Below, piece after piece: positions 8,771 to 19,056 of a DNA stretch of 64,000 nt. How positions within the stretch are numbered: the stretch's first letter is position 1; every line of letters begins with the position of its first letter. The stretch comes from Chitinophagales bacterium (lineage in GTDB: Bacteria > Bacteroidota > Bacteroidia > Chitinophagales > CAIODY01). Under the pieces are notes generated by a model that searched no databases, was not told the origin of the DNA, and saw nothing but the letters and a program-made list of their open reading frames with translations. A program made the position numbers and the translations under genes. The stretch spans positions 65,816 to 129,815 of the forward strand of contig JAPJNH010000051.1 of assembly GCA_026461075.1 (NCBI GenBank). Direction: 5' to 3'.

Positions 8771-10045
8771 TTAATCCTTTTCATGATAATTTAGGTCCTT
8801 ACCATATGTTTCTTCCATACTTCGGATGGTTAGTAATGGAATTCCTAAACATACCACTCCGGTTAATATTCCCGCCCAAATCAGGCCGTTTGAATGTCCT
8901 AAGGAAGGCTTGAAATAGCTTTGTAGGCCGGTAAATAAAAGCGTAATCAAGGTAAGCGAGCCACGGATAAAGTTTGGCACTGTAGTCGTTACTGTCGCTC
9001 GCAAATTGGTTCCAAAAGATTCTGTAGCGATGGTCATTAAAATTGCCCAGTAGCCTCCACCCATTCCTAAAAAGAACACTACCACATAATACCAATTCAC
9101 AGGCATTCCTTTGGCCAAGAAAAACGGAATTAAGACAGCAGCAATGGTTAGAATATAAATGAGGATAATCTTTTTTCTGCTCTTCAAATAATGACTACCG
9201 AAGCCGCACAGCACGTCTCCGATACTAGCACCCATATAATACAATATAATTGCTATGGGCATTTGCACCTTTCCAACGACCCCAATAGCTTTGGTAAACT
9301 CTGGTGACAAGGTTACTAAAATCCCGACACTATACCATATTGGAAACCCTATGGCAACGCATTTAAGAAACTTGATGAACCGTACTTTCGAAGTAAATAC
9401 CATTAAAAAGTCCCCCCTTTTTACTTCTTCATCTGCTTCCATTTGTTGATACATACCTGACTCTAATAGCCCAATTCGCATAAACAACAAAAGCAATCCT
9501 AAAGCACCTCCGATAAAATAACAAATGCGCCAACCATCCGGATTATCTTGAAATATCAATCCCATTATACCTGCGAATACTGCGCCAAGTAAACCGATCG
9601 TAGCGACGATCATCGCTCCGAAACCGCGCTTTTCCTTTGGTAAAGACTCCGCAACTAAGGTTATTCCTGCTCCCAACTCCCCTGCCAATCCAACTCCTGC
9701 AATAAAACGTAAAATAGCGTATTGGGTAACGGTATGTACAAAGCCATTGGCAATATTAGCTAGTGAATACAATAAGATAGAACCGAATAAAACCGAAAGG
9801 CGCCCCTTCTTATCCCCAAAAATCCCCCAAATAATCCCTCCAATCAACATCCCTATCATTTGAATATTGATCAACCATAAGCCTGTGCTTTGTAAACTAG
9901 CTTCTGCAACACCAATACCTAACAAGCTTGGCTTACGTACTATGCTGAACAAGATTAAATCATAGATATCTACAAAATAGCCAAGTGCTGCAACGATAAT
10001 CGTACCCGTCAAAAAATCACGTAATTGAAATGCTTTTTGGTTCAT
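8771..10045 (-). CDS. MFS transporter
   Basis: 424 aa, about 12 TM segments. MFS loop motif GDKKGRL between TM2 and TM3. Confidence 0.85.
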   Translation of the reverse strand: MNQKAFQLRDFLTGTIIVAALGYFVDIYDLILFSIVRKPSLLGIGVAEASLQSTGLWLINIQMIGMLIGGIIWGIFGDKKGRLSVLFGSILLYSLANIANGFVHTVTQYAILRFIAGVGLAGELGAGITLVAESLPKEKRGFGAMIVATIGLLGAVFAGIMGLIFQDNPDGWRICYFIGGALGLLLLFMRIGLLESGMYQQMEADEEVKRGDFLMVFTSKVRFIKFLKCVAIGFPIWYSVGILVTLSPEFTKAIGVVGKVQMPIAIILYYMGASIGDVLCGFGSHYLKSRKKIILIYILTIAAVLIPFFLAKGMPVNWYYVVVFFLGMGGGYWAILMTIATESFGTNLRATVTTTVPNFIRGSLTLITLLFTGLQSYFKPSLGHSNGLIWAGILTGVVCLGIPLLTIRSMEETYGKDLNYHEKD

Positions 10046-10117
10046 ATATGCAAAACTGCAAAATTTTCACTGTAAATCAAGCCTTATTCAAGTCAAATCG
10101 TAATTTTATGGAAACGA

Positions 10118-11881
10118 ATGTTTATGCATTTTAATTTATATCGTCCATTTTCTTCTTTAAAAACTAACATCGCCATTATATGGATGTTGGTCTTTGTAGC
10201 AAATTCAAGCTTCGGACAAAGCCCCTATCTTCCGATGAACAGCAGAGAAGCGCTCTGGTTACAAAAATTAGAAATAAAAAATGGCGGCTTCGCTAGTAAT
10301 GTCCATACCGGTGAAAGTATGATTCCCGAAGACGCAATCCTACCAATCATTCGCAGCTACCAACAGAAAGACACCTTAGAAGGAGACAGAGAAAATACCG
10401 TTCTCAACCAAAATATTCAATGGATGATTGACCGACATGCGGAATACGCACCCGAAGACGCACGCATTGAAGGCAGATACCCTTTGTTTTGGGGGAATAT
10501 TTTCGACAAGAAAACAGACTTCTATTTCCTAAACACCGCCGATGCAAAAATCAGATTAAACCCAGTGGTCTTCTATCAAGGAGGAGGGAATTCGATCGAT
10601 CCGCACTATAAAGTATGGAATGTAAGAGGTTTCGAGGTAAGAGGAAATCTTTTTAATAAATTAGGATTCTATACCTACCTCGGCGAAAATCAATGGGCGC
10701 CGCAAGATTATGTGTTCAATTATTATAATAAATACGGAGCGGTTCCAAATCAAGGATATTATAAAATCTTCAACCATCTTAACAAAGCAAACAAATATTT
10801 TGGATATGACTTTTTAGATGCGCGAGGATATATCACCTTTTCTACGCTAAAAAATTGTGTCCGCTTTACTTTTGGTCAGGATCGTCAACAAATAGGCTAC
10901 GGTATGCGCTCACTTTGGCTTTCCGACAATAGCGCTTCAATCCCATTCCTTCGTGTCAATTCGCATTATGGCAAGTTTGATTATGAAAATCTATTCATGC
11001 AACTCACCATGCAAACCACCTTTAACAAAGGAGATTTTTTATTCCCTAAAAAATTTGCAGCCTTCCATCACTTTACCTACAATCCGTTCAAACGCTTTAA
11101 AATAGGGCTATTCGAAGGTGTTGTTTTTGAACGTAATCAACAATTTGAGTTAGCGTATCTCAACCCTGTTATCACCTATCGCTTCGTAGAACACTCACTT
11201 GGCAGTCCTGACAATACCTCTCTAGGAATTGACGGAGCATGGATTATTGGAAAATCCTTGAAGCTATATGGACAAGCATTTTTGGATGAATTCAATTTTA
11301 ATCGCTTAAAAGCAAACTTCTATAACTGGACCAACAAATACGGGATGCAATTAGGATTCCAATACGACGATATGTTCGGAGTTCAAAATTTAGATGCGAC
11401 CATGGAAGCCAATTGGGTTCGCCCTTATACCTATGCGCATCACGATTCCATTGCAAACTTCACACACTATAATCAACCCTTGGCGCATCCTCTAGGTGCT
11501 AACTTCCAAGAATTAATCGGGCGTATCATCTATCAACCAAATAGCCGCTTGACAGCCTCTGTACATGGTGCCTATCAAATGTATGGCGCGGATACAGCTA
11601 ATAGCAATTGGGGTGGTAATCCGTTAAGTTCTTATCAAACTCGTCCTTCAAGATTAGCAGGTACTGATATCACCTATGCTTATCCAATCACGATTGGGAA
11701 CAAAACCAATACCTTGATTTTGGATTATGTTCTTTCTTATGAGCTTGCATATAATTTATTCCTAGAAATCAACTACATTCATCGAAGCAGTTTTAGTCAA
11801 ACAGCACCAAACAAGCAGTATGAAGACTTCTACGGGATTGGCGTTCGTTATAATTATAATAGATCACACCAGCTCTACTAA
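10118..11881 (+). CDS. Putative outer-membrane beta-barrel protein (possibly Wzi-like); function unknown
   Basis: 587 aa with signal peptide (...VANSSFGQ). Alternating aromatic/polar beta-strand pattern throughout, C-terminal aromatic residue. The family assignment is uncertain. Confidence 0.55.
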   Translation: MFMHFNLYRPFSSLKTNIAIIWMLVFVANSSFGQSPYLPMNSREALWLQKLEIKNGGFASNVHTGESMIPEDAILPIIRSYQQKDTLEGDRENTVLNQNIQWMIDRHAEYAPEDARIEGRYPLFWGNIFDKKTDFYFLNTADAKIRLNPVVFYQGGGNSIDPHYKVWNVRGFEVRGNLFNKLGFYTYLGENQWAPQDYVFNYYNKYGAVPNQGYYKIFNHLNKANKYFGYDFLDARGYITFSTLKNCVRFTFGQDRQQIGYGMRSLWLSDNSASIPFLRVNSHYGKFDYENLFMQLTMQTTFNKGDFLFPKKFAAFHHFTYNPFKRFKIGLFEGVVFERNQQFELAYLNPVITYRFVEHSLGSPDNTSLGIDGAWIIGKSLKLYGQAFLDEFNFNRLKANFYNWTNKYGMQLGFQYDDMFGVQNLDATMEANWVRPYTYAHHDSIANFTHYNQPLAHPLGANFQELIGRIIYQPNSRLTASVHGAYQMYGADTANSNWGGNPLSSYQTRPSRLAGTDITYAYPITIGNKTNTLILDYVLSYELAYNLFLEINYIHRSSFSQTAPNKQYEDFYGIGVRYNYNRSHQLY

Positions 11882-11883
11882 AT

Positions 11884-11917
11884 AAAAAAGCCTTCAGAAA
11901 TTCTGAAGGCTTTTTTT
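11884..11917. terminator. Bidirectional rho-independent terminator between convergent genes
   Basis: AAAAAA-GCCTTCAGAA-a-TTCTGAAGGC-TTTTTTT. A perfect 10-bp inverted repeat flanked by an A-run and a T-run. Confidence 0.75.
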
Positions 11918-11935
11918 GTATCGCTAAGAGTAATT

Positions 11936-13069
11936 TTACAAATTACCTCTATTTGCTTGTTCGCGTTCAATCGCTTCGAAAAGGGCTTTGAAGTTCCCTT
12001 TACCAAATGACTTAGCGCCTTTACGTTGGATAATTTCATAGAACATGGTCGGACGATCTTCTACCGGCTTCGTGAATAATTGCAACAAATATCCTTCGTC
12101 ATCACGATCAACCAAAATCCCTAATTCACGTAACGGAGCGAGATCTTCTTCGATTGGTCCTACACGATCTAATAAATCATCATAATAAGAGCTTGGCACT
12201 TGCAAAAACTCAACGCCGCGAGCCATCATAGCCTTTACCGTTGTGATGATATCTTTCGTAGCTACGGCGATATGTTGAACGCCTTCTCCTTCATAAAAAT
12301 CTAAGTACTCTTCTACTTGTGACTTCTTCTTTCCTTCTGCAGGCTCGTTGATTGGAAACTTCACATAGCCATTTCCACTGCTCATTACCTTCGACATCAA
12401 TGCTGAATATTCTGTAGAAATATCTTTATCATCAAAACTCAAAATATTGCGGAAGCCCATTACGTTCTCGTAAAAGCTTACCCAAGTATTCATTTGATCC
12501 CAACCTACGTTTCCAACACAATGGTCGACATACTCCAATCCAACCGGACTTGGGTTATAATCAGATTTCCATTCGCGGAAACCTGGCATAAATACGCCGT
12601 TATAATTTTTACGCTCTACAAACACGTGCGCTACTTCACCATACGTACAAATACCACTCAAACGAACTTCGCCAGCAGCGTCGTTCAGTGTAGTTGGTTC
12701 CATATACGACTTTGCTCCACGCTTAATTGTTTGCGCATAGGCATCATAAGCGTCTTCTACCATCAAGGCCAAAACCTTCACGCCATCTCCATGCTTTTTA
12801 TGATGCTCCGTAATTGGATGATCACTTTTCAAAGGCGTAGTAAGCACTAAACGCATTTTGTTTTGCACCAACACATAACTTACACGATCTTTCACACCCG
12901 TTTCTGGTCCGGCATAAGCCAAAGATTGAAAACCGAATGCAGTTTTGTAGTAATGCGCTGCTTGCTTTGCATTGCCCACGTACAATTCAATATAATCTGT
13001 TCCATGAAGCGGTAAAAAATCGCTCACCATCATATCCTTTTCTGAAGGAATCGTGTTTGTTAATGACAT
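11936..13069 (-). CDS. hppD: 4-hydroxyphenylpyruvate dioxygenase
   Basis: 377 aa, two VOC-fold halves. Conserved GVQHIA and C-terminal FGKGNFKALFEAIEREQ motif. Confidence 0.92.
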   Translation of the reverse strand: MSLTNTIPSEKDMMVSDFLPLHGTDYIELYVGNAKQAAHYYKTAFGFQSLAYAGPETGVKDRVSYVLVQNKMRLVLTTPLKSDHPITEHHKKHGDGVKVLALMVEDAYDAYAQTIKRGAKSYMEPTTLNDAAGEVRLSGICTYGEVAHVFVERKNYNGVFMPGFREWKSDYNPSPVGLEYVDHCVGNVGWDQMNTWVSFYENVMGFRNILSFDDKDISTEYSALMSKVMSSGNGYVKFPINEPAEGKKKSQVEEYLDFYEGEGVQHIAVATKDIITTVKAMMARGVEFLQVPSSYYDDLLDRVGPIEEDLAPLRELGILVDRDDEGYLLQLFTKPVEDRPTMFYEIIQRKGAKSFGKGNFKALFEAIEREQANRGNL

Positions 13070-13123
13070 TTTAGTTCGTTTTGTAACGCGAATTTGCGTG
13101 TTTTTTATGAGAAAACAAAAGCA

Positions 13124-16100
13124 TTAACGAAGTAAGGTCAAATGCCCTATACTAGCCGCATTCCAACTAGCATCGATAAACTCTATTTCGTACACAAAAA
13201 TATACTCCCCTATTTCCTGGTCTATCCCCTTATACTTCCCATCCCAACGCTTTGAATATTGATCAGAAACAAAAATCTGCTCCCCCCATCGATTAAAAAT
13301 ACGGAGGTCGTATTTGGAGATCAACTCCGGTGCGGAAACTAATACCCCCCAAGAATCATTCTTCCCATCACCATTTGGAGAAAAAGCCGATGCAAAATCA
13401 AGCGAAGGCTCGAAAGAAACCTCTTGACAAACAGAATCTGCACATAAATAATCATTAACAGCAATCATACAAATTTCCACCTTATACAAGGGGGCAATTT
13501 CTAATTGCCATTGTAAATTGTTACCAACTTGAACTCCGTTAGAGAGATTCCACATCAAATTATAAGCACTCGCGCTTACAACAGAACCAGTAACCTGCAC
13601 TAGATTACCGCCAATCCCATTATTTTTACTGCTAACAAAACTCACCTTTGGAATATCTCTTACATGCACCATAAATTGTATGGTATCGAATTGAGGACAA
13701 CCAGATGGAAAGGCCACTATTGCATTCAATAAATAATCCCCTGCCATCGTTGCTTTCCAAACTTTTTGATTCATTTGCACAAACGAAGCTGGAAAGTTTG
13801 TTTGTAAAACACCGTTACAGCAAATTCTTACAGAATCTAAAACCAAATTCTCTCCGACACATAAAGTAGTGTCCTTGGAAAAAATCTCAGACTTAGAGTT
13901 TTGATTAAATGTGATTATCTGACTAACAGTATCACTGGTTCCACACACAGTATTGTGAGCAATCAAAGTAACAGTATAGGTTCCTAATTGACTATACGTA
14001 TGAACCGGACTATTCATAACAGAGGTAGTATTGTCTCCGAAATCCCAATGATAATAATTCGCACCAACAGTTGTATTGGTGAATGCTGTAGCCAAACTAC
14101 AATCAGATGTTTGGGTAAAATTTGCTACAGGCTTCGTATTGGTCAGACAGACTAAAGTTATCTTAAATGTATCACTCAAATTACAAGATAAAGAATTTGA
14201 TGCGACAAGAATAACATGATATGTACCTGCCAGAGAATAAAGATGAGAGGGCGTTCGATTTGTGTCCAACGGCGACCCATCGCCAAAGTCCCATACGAAG
14301 CCATTTCCATTATATGAAAAGTTAGTAAAGTTGATGGTTAGCGGCGCACAAAAAGTATCAATAAAACTAGTAGCACCTTGCGCTATAACGGAGTTATTTT
14401 GAAAATCAAACTTAAATCCATAAGCCGTCCAATTGGTTGAATTAGTGGCCGCAGTTGTAGTAGGCATATTGCTCGAGCCAGAACATACTGCTTCATATAC
14501 TACGCCGCGCTTATCAAAGCGACTTGTCCCTCCATCCACATGATCCATCATTTGTCCTCCAAAATAAGTGCAATAGTTAACAGATGTAGCATTAGGATTA
14601 AATTGCCATAATAAAAAATCAATTCCTCCAGGAGCTAAAGGTAAATAGGCATTAGGCGTTGTAACAACACTTGTGATGCCACCTGTATGCCCACATATAT
14701 AAATATAATCACAATTATCTACTAGGAATGCAGTAGGCAATAATGAAAACGAAAAACTTCCTGCACCGAAATTCGCTACCCAATTCATATTCATATTATT
14801 CACATTCCACTGCTGTATATAATTTTTAGCATTGAGTTCTGAAAAATGACCAGGTGTAGCCGTCACGGTACTATCCATCAATCCCATCACATAAAGATTA
14901 CCATGCCGATCAACTTGAACAAAATACCCTTGATCACTTTTTCCAATAACATTGTTATACGTACCATTCAAAAAGGATCCTTGTGCGCCTAACTTATAAA
15001 TATATCCATCAGAAAGACCAGAATGTGTATTATGAATTGCTGTTGATGGCATAAAGAAATTAACACTTTCCGTCCCGCCAGTTATCCATAAATCATTATT
15101 AATATCTACCGCCACACTCATAACATTATCATCATCACTTCCCCCAATAAATGTCGACCAAATCATCTGACTTAGGCTATTATTTATTTTGAACAATACA
15201 CCATCAGAATTCCCTCCTTTGTAATTAGAATTGAATGCGCCGGTAGTAATGGGGAAATCAGTTGAATTAGTACTACTCGCAACAATCACATCTTCATTTT
15301 TATCCAAGTTTATTTCGCCTCGATTAAAATCATCCCCTATAAAACTAATGGCATTACTACCATCATTAAGACTTCCTCCCACAAATGTTGACGCAACTAA
15401 TTGAGTACCTAAAGCATTAAAGCAGGTAACTGTTAAATCATTCCAACCTTTAAAGGTACTTTGAAAAGCTCCTTGCCGAATTGGAAAATCTGAAGATCCA
15501 CTTACCCCAAGTACATATAACTGGTTAATTGAATTTACAATCATACTTCTAGGATTTTCTCCAGAGGCCCCTCCTAAATAGGTACTAAACAATAACTGAC
15601 TTCCAGACGCATTAAATTTATCTATGGATATGTCAATACCTCCAGCATAAGAAGTTTGATAAGCACCATTTGTTGCAGCCCATCCCAAAGCAAAACATTC
15701 CGCACCTAAATAAAGATTGGCTGCAATATCATATGTAGCCGTAAACCCATAACTCATCGCCGTGCTCCAAGCATAACTTCCTATAACAAGTACTGGATCA
15801 ATTAATAATCTACAGCCATTCGGCAGGGGCTTTTCAAGGGTAAATCCAATACTTCCATCCACATTTATTTTATAATTACATGCTACCAATTTTCTTGTCC
15901 CCTTTTCATCAATTGAATACGCTATCGGAATATACTCCTCATTATTCGCTAAAGAAGTCTGAATTATCAAGCGACCATTTTGAACAGTCACAGACTCTGC
16001 TCCTTTAATAAAATAGGCTAGATTATCTAAATTGAAATCACTTTCTACCAAAAAAGAATACTTCAAATTTCCTGAATCACTTTCTAACTTAACATCTACA

Positions 16101-16549
16101 CCTTTATATAATCCTTCATAGTTCAATTGTTCATAAATCGGAACTTCAACATGATGATTATTAGTCGAATTCCCTAAATAATAATTATTATAATTGGGGA
16201 GTTTAGTTTCTCCTTTTACACCTACCCCTTCTCTACTATCCCGAAATTGCCATTCCAAACAATACGAACGAATAGGATAATTATAAGCGAATGATATAGA
16301 ATCTTTTTTATATTTTAATTCGTGCGCACGATGTAAATCCGCAACAGAGGCCGAAACAACACGCCAACCAGTCTTTGTAAAAAACACACGCCCCCCTTTT
16401 GCATCGAAGGCGTACTGAGCTGTATCGTTCCACTGACCAGCATTTTTAACAAACATATCCTTCTTTGCCGAAACGAAATTTGTTTCGATAGAATACAGGC
16501 TACAAGGCAGCAGCCATAATACAACGATAAACCAAGAAACGATTTTCAT
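13124..16549 (-). CDS. Large secreted protein: SBBP beta-propeller repeats + PKD domains + T9SS type B C-terminal domain
   Basis: 1141 aa with signal peptide. Repeated STYLGG/STFVGGS/STFIGGSDDD...SDFP motifs (SBBP-type). Two WDFGDG/WDFGDN PKD domains. C-terminus FSPNGDGKNDSW...IFNRWGEQIF...WDGKYKG...GHLTLLR. Confidence 0.85.
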   Translation of the reverse strand: MKIVSWFIVVLWLLPCSLYSIETNFVSAKKDMFVKNAGQWNDTAQYAFDAKGGRVFFTKTGWRVVSASVADLHRAHELKYKKDSISFAYNYPIRSYCLEWQFRDSREGVGVKGETKLPNYNNYYLGNSTNNHHVEVPIYEQLNYEGLYKGVDVKLESDSGNLKYSFLVESDFNLDNLAYFIKGAESVTVQNGRLIIQTSLANNEEYIPIAYSIDEKGTRKLVACNYKINVDGSIGFTLEKPLPNGCRLLIDPVLVIGSYAWSTAMSYGFTATYDIAANLYLGAECFALGWAATNGAYQTSYAGGIDISIDKFNASGSQLLFSTYLGGASGENPRSMIVNSINQLYVLGVSGSSDFPIRQGAFQSTFKGWNDLTVTCFNALGTQLVASTFVGGSLNDGSNAISFIGDDFNRGEINLDKNEDVIVASSTNSTDFPITTGAFNSNYKGGNSDGVLFKINNSLSQMIWSTFIGGSDDDNVMSVAVDINNDLWITGGTESVNFFMPSTAIHNTHSGLSDGYIYKLGAQGSFLNGTYNNVIGKSDQGYFVQVDRHGNLYVMGLMDSTVTATPGHFSELNAKNYIQQWNVNNMNMNWVANFGAGSFSFSLLPTAFLVDNCDYIYICGHTGGITSVVTTPNAYLPLAPGGIDFLLWQFNPNATSVNYCTYFGGQMMDHVDGGTSRFDKRGVVYEAVCSGSSNMPTTTAATNSTNWTAYGFKFDFQNNSVIAQGATSFIDTFCAPLTINFTNFSYNGNGFVWDFGDGSPLDTNRTPSHLYSLAGTYHVILVASNSLSCNLSDTFKITLVCLTNTKPVANFTQTSDCSLATAFTNTTVGANYYHWDFGDNTTSVMNSPVHTYSQLGTYTVTLIAHNTVCGTSDTVSQIITFNQNSKSEIFSKDTTLCVGENLVLDSVRICCNGVLQTNFPASFVQMNQKVWKATMAGDYLLNAIVAFPSGCPQFDTIQFMVHVRDIPKVSFVSSKNNGIGGNLVQVTGSVVSASAYNLMWNLSNGVQVGNNLQWQLEIAPLYKVEICMIAVNDYLCADSVCQEVSFEPSLDFASAFSPNGDGKNDSWGVLVSAPELISKYDLRIFNRWGEQIFVSDQYSKRWDGKYKGIDQEIGEYIFVYEIEFIDASWNAASIGHLTLLR

Positions 16550-16581
16550 AATCTAATTTTTAGTCTACCCTTTAACGCATT

Positions 16582-16589
16582 CAAATATA
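16582..16589 (-). promoter_or_regulatory. Bacteroidota-type -7 promoter box (TAnnTTTG)
   Basis: Minus-strand TATATTTG, 33 nt upstream of the ATG at 16549. Confidence 0.35.
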
Positions 16590-16635
16590 TTATATTTCCT
16601 CCGATATAAAAAATATATTTTATGCATCATTTAGA

Positions 16636-18963
16636 CTAAAAATCGAACGTAGCCTGTATCGTATAATTACGTGGCGGCATGGCAAAAGCTGGTCGCTCGG
16701 TATAAACCACATTCAATAAATTCTTCGCTACAAAGCCTAAACGAATATGACTGTTCAACTGATAAAACAAACGCGCGTCCCATAGATACGTTCCATCTAG
16801 ATGAGCCTGTCTGAACTTAGCAACACCAATTGGAAACAAATCTTTGTTTTCAAAAATAGCATCGATGTTCACCGTTCGACTCATATATCTAAACCCTGTC
16901 CCTAAGGTAAACTTCTTGTAACTCGCTTCGATATCAATCTTAGCAGTATGACGAACACGATACTTTAAAAAGTTAGAGGAAGTATCCGAATAGGTTACCT
17001 TTCTTGCGCTATCCCACTTCATCTCTAAAGGTTGCAAATAGGTATATCCAGCCATTACATTAAAGTTCACTTTACCAATTTCGCCCTGCCCGACTAAAGT
17101 AGCCTCCGCCCCATTAATACGCGCTTGCGATACATTAATCATCTTAAATCCTAAATAATAAATGAAACTATCTAATGGTGTCAACTCAGGATGTCTAGGA
17201 TCATACCCTGAATAGTACATATTAAACTGAAACTCATCCATATTATTATAAGTCGTACTAAAGGCTGCCACGTCAAAATAACCTTGCCACTTCTGAATCT
17301 TCAAACCTTGCTTAATACCGATTTCATAACTCTTTCCACTTTCAGCTTTCAAATTAGGATTAGGCAAAACATTCACACCGCCTACACGCGTACGCACAAA
17401 TTTCTCTCCGATACTTGGGAAGCGATAGCCCATCCCCCAAGATCCGCGTAAATATGTCGCTTGCGCTATTTGATAATTAAAGCCTGTACGATAAACCGGT
17501 TTCGACGTAGCTGTCGTTAAATCGATTCTAAACCACTCATTACGAACACCAGCAGACAACCAGAGCTTGCCAATCTTCTGTTCTGCCTGCGCATACACGG
17601 CCATATTATTACCATCATGCTGACCAAATAAATCCGCTTTCACTTTACTGTAGGTGTGTACCGCTCCTCCTGTCACATTCAAGCCAAAAGGAAAACGCTT
17701 CTGCACCTGCTGTTCAGTATAATATAAATCGGCTAGGCTCGATTGATTAACGGAGTTGACGTTATTCGAACGAAAGAAACGTGTTCTTAAATTGATACTT
17801 AATCCATGTTCATCGGTCCATGTCAAATAAGGATCCACATTCAAACGACGAGTTCCGCCATAACTTACAGTAGTGGTCGCAGGATCAATCCCTCCGTAAG
17901 GAATATACATCCCTGCACTATCATTCAGCCAATAGAAGAAGGTAGCCCCTTTTGAAATCTGGTTGTTCATGTTTACACCAATTGTCATTCCTTTTACCTC
18001 TTTCACATGATAACGTAAATTGGCATTGATACGAGCGCGCGTATTAAAATCACCTAACAAATAGCTACGGTTCCAATCGGTATAGCCAGCGCCGCCAATT
18101 ACCCAATCTAAATTTCCTTTCTTTTCTGAATGAAAGAAATTGATACCGGTAAATACCGGAGCTGTTTCACCCCACCATTGTGCAGCAGGAATTGGCGCAT
18201 CGCCATTCCATCCGCTATAATAACTGATATGTGTTTTCGGCTTCGACTTCGCATAGGCTGTTCTAAAGTGAATCACTCCATTCATTGCTGAAGATCCATA
18301 TAGAGAGGATGCCGCGCCTTTTAAAATTTCTACTTGCTCACAATTCTCAATTGGAAGAAAATCCCATTTCACATCTCCTGCGTCTGCCGTAATTAAAGGC
18401 ATATCATCAATCATCACCAATACCCTACTTCCTGCCCCATAGCTCCATCCTCCGCCGCCACGTATGTTTGCCTGCCCATCTACTACATCTACGCCAGGAA
18501 CCTTATTTAAAGCCTCATCTAAGGCGGTAAAATTATTCTTCTCAATAAAACTTGGCTTCACCACCTCCATCGATACCGTTTCCTCGGCAATATTCTTCGC
18601 ATACTTCGATCCGCTTACCACAATAGTATTCAAACCTTTGGTTTCCTTACATAACATGATGGGGCCAGGCACACTAGAAACACCCGCTTTCGACATACTA
18701 AACTCGAAAGACTTATAACCCAATGCCGAAACTTTAATTTTTAAATCACTCGCCTTTAATGGGTATGTAAATTTCTCATCTACTTTACCATTATAGTCTG
18801 AATAAGCAATCGCTTTTCCATCCACACTCACTAAGGCATTGACAACACCTTCCTTGCTGATAGAATCTAAGACTTGAAATTGAATTTGAATGGTGTTTTG
18901 TTGTGCAAAAACTTGCTTGCCAAAAATAATTAATATAAAAACAGAGAGTAACTTTTTATACAT
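16636..18963 (-). CDS. TonB-dependent receptor (CarboxypepD_reg-like N-domain + plug + barrel)
   Basis: Start placed at MYKKLLSVFILIIFGKQVFAQ (18963). Plug motifs (VEILKGAASSLYGSSAMNGVI). C-terminal strand ...YTIQATFDF. Confidence 0.88.
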   Translation of the reverse strand: MYKKLLSVFILIIFGKQVFAQQNTIQIQFQVLDSISKEGVVNALVSVDGKAIAYSDYNGKVDEKFTYPLKASDLKIKVSALGYKSFEFSMSKAGVSSVPGPIMLCKETKGLNTIVVSGSKYAKNIAEETVSMEVVKPSFIEKNNFTALDEALNKVPGVDVVDGQANIRGGGGWSYGAGSRVLVMIDDMPLITADAGDVKWDFLPIENCEQVEILKGAASSLYGSSAMNGVIHFRTAYAKSKPKTHISYYSGWNGDAPIPAAQWWGETAPVFTGINFFHSEKKGNLDWVIGGAGYTDWNRSYLLGDFNTRARINANLRYHVKEVKGMTIGVNMNNQISKGATFFYWLNDSAGMYIPYGGIDPATTTVSYGGTRRLNVDPYLTWTDEHGLSINLRTRFFRSNNVNSVNQSSLADLYYTEQQVQKRFPFGLNVTGGAVHTYSKVKADLFGQHDGNNMAVYAQAEQKIGKLWLSAGVRNEWFRIDLTTATSKPVYRTGFNYQIAQATYLRGSWGMGYRFPSIGEKFVRTRVGGVNVLPNPNLKAESGKSYEIGIKQGLKIQKWQGYFDVAAFSTTYNNMDEFQFNMYYSGYDPRHPELTPLDSFIYYLGFKMINVSQARINGAEATLVGQGEIGKVNFNVMAGYTYLQPLEMKWDSARKVTYSDTSSNFLKYRVRHTAKIDIEASYKKFTLGTGFRYMSRTVNIDAIFENKDLFPIGVAKFRQAHLDGTYLWDARLFYQLNSHIRLGFVAKNLLNVVYTERPAFAMPPRNYTIQATFDF

Positions 18964-19000
18964 AGTTGTGGTTTTCAAAGACAATATAAACAAATTAATC

Positions 19001-19037
19001 AAAATAAAAAAGGGCTGTATCGACGAGATACAGCCCT
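19001..19037 (-). terminator. Rho-independent terminator of metK
   Basis: 11-bp perfect stem AGGGCTGTATC / GATACAGCCCT with a 5-nt loop, followed on the minus strand by TTTTTTATTTT. Confidence 0.75.
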
Positions 19038-19056
19038 TTACACGATTCTAAAAGAA

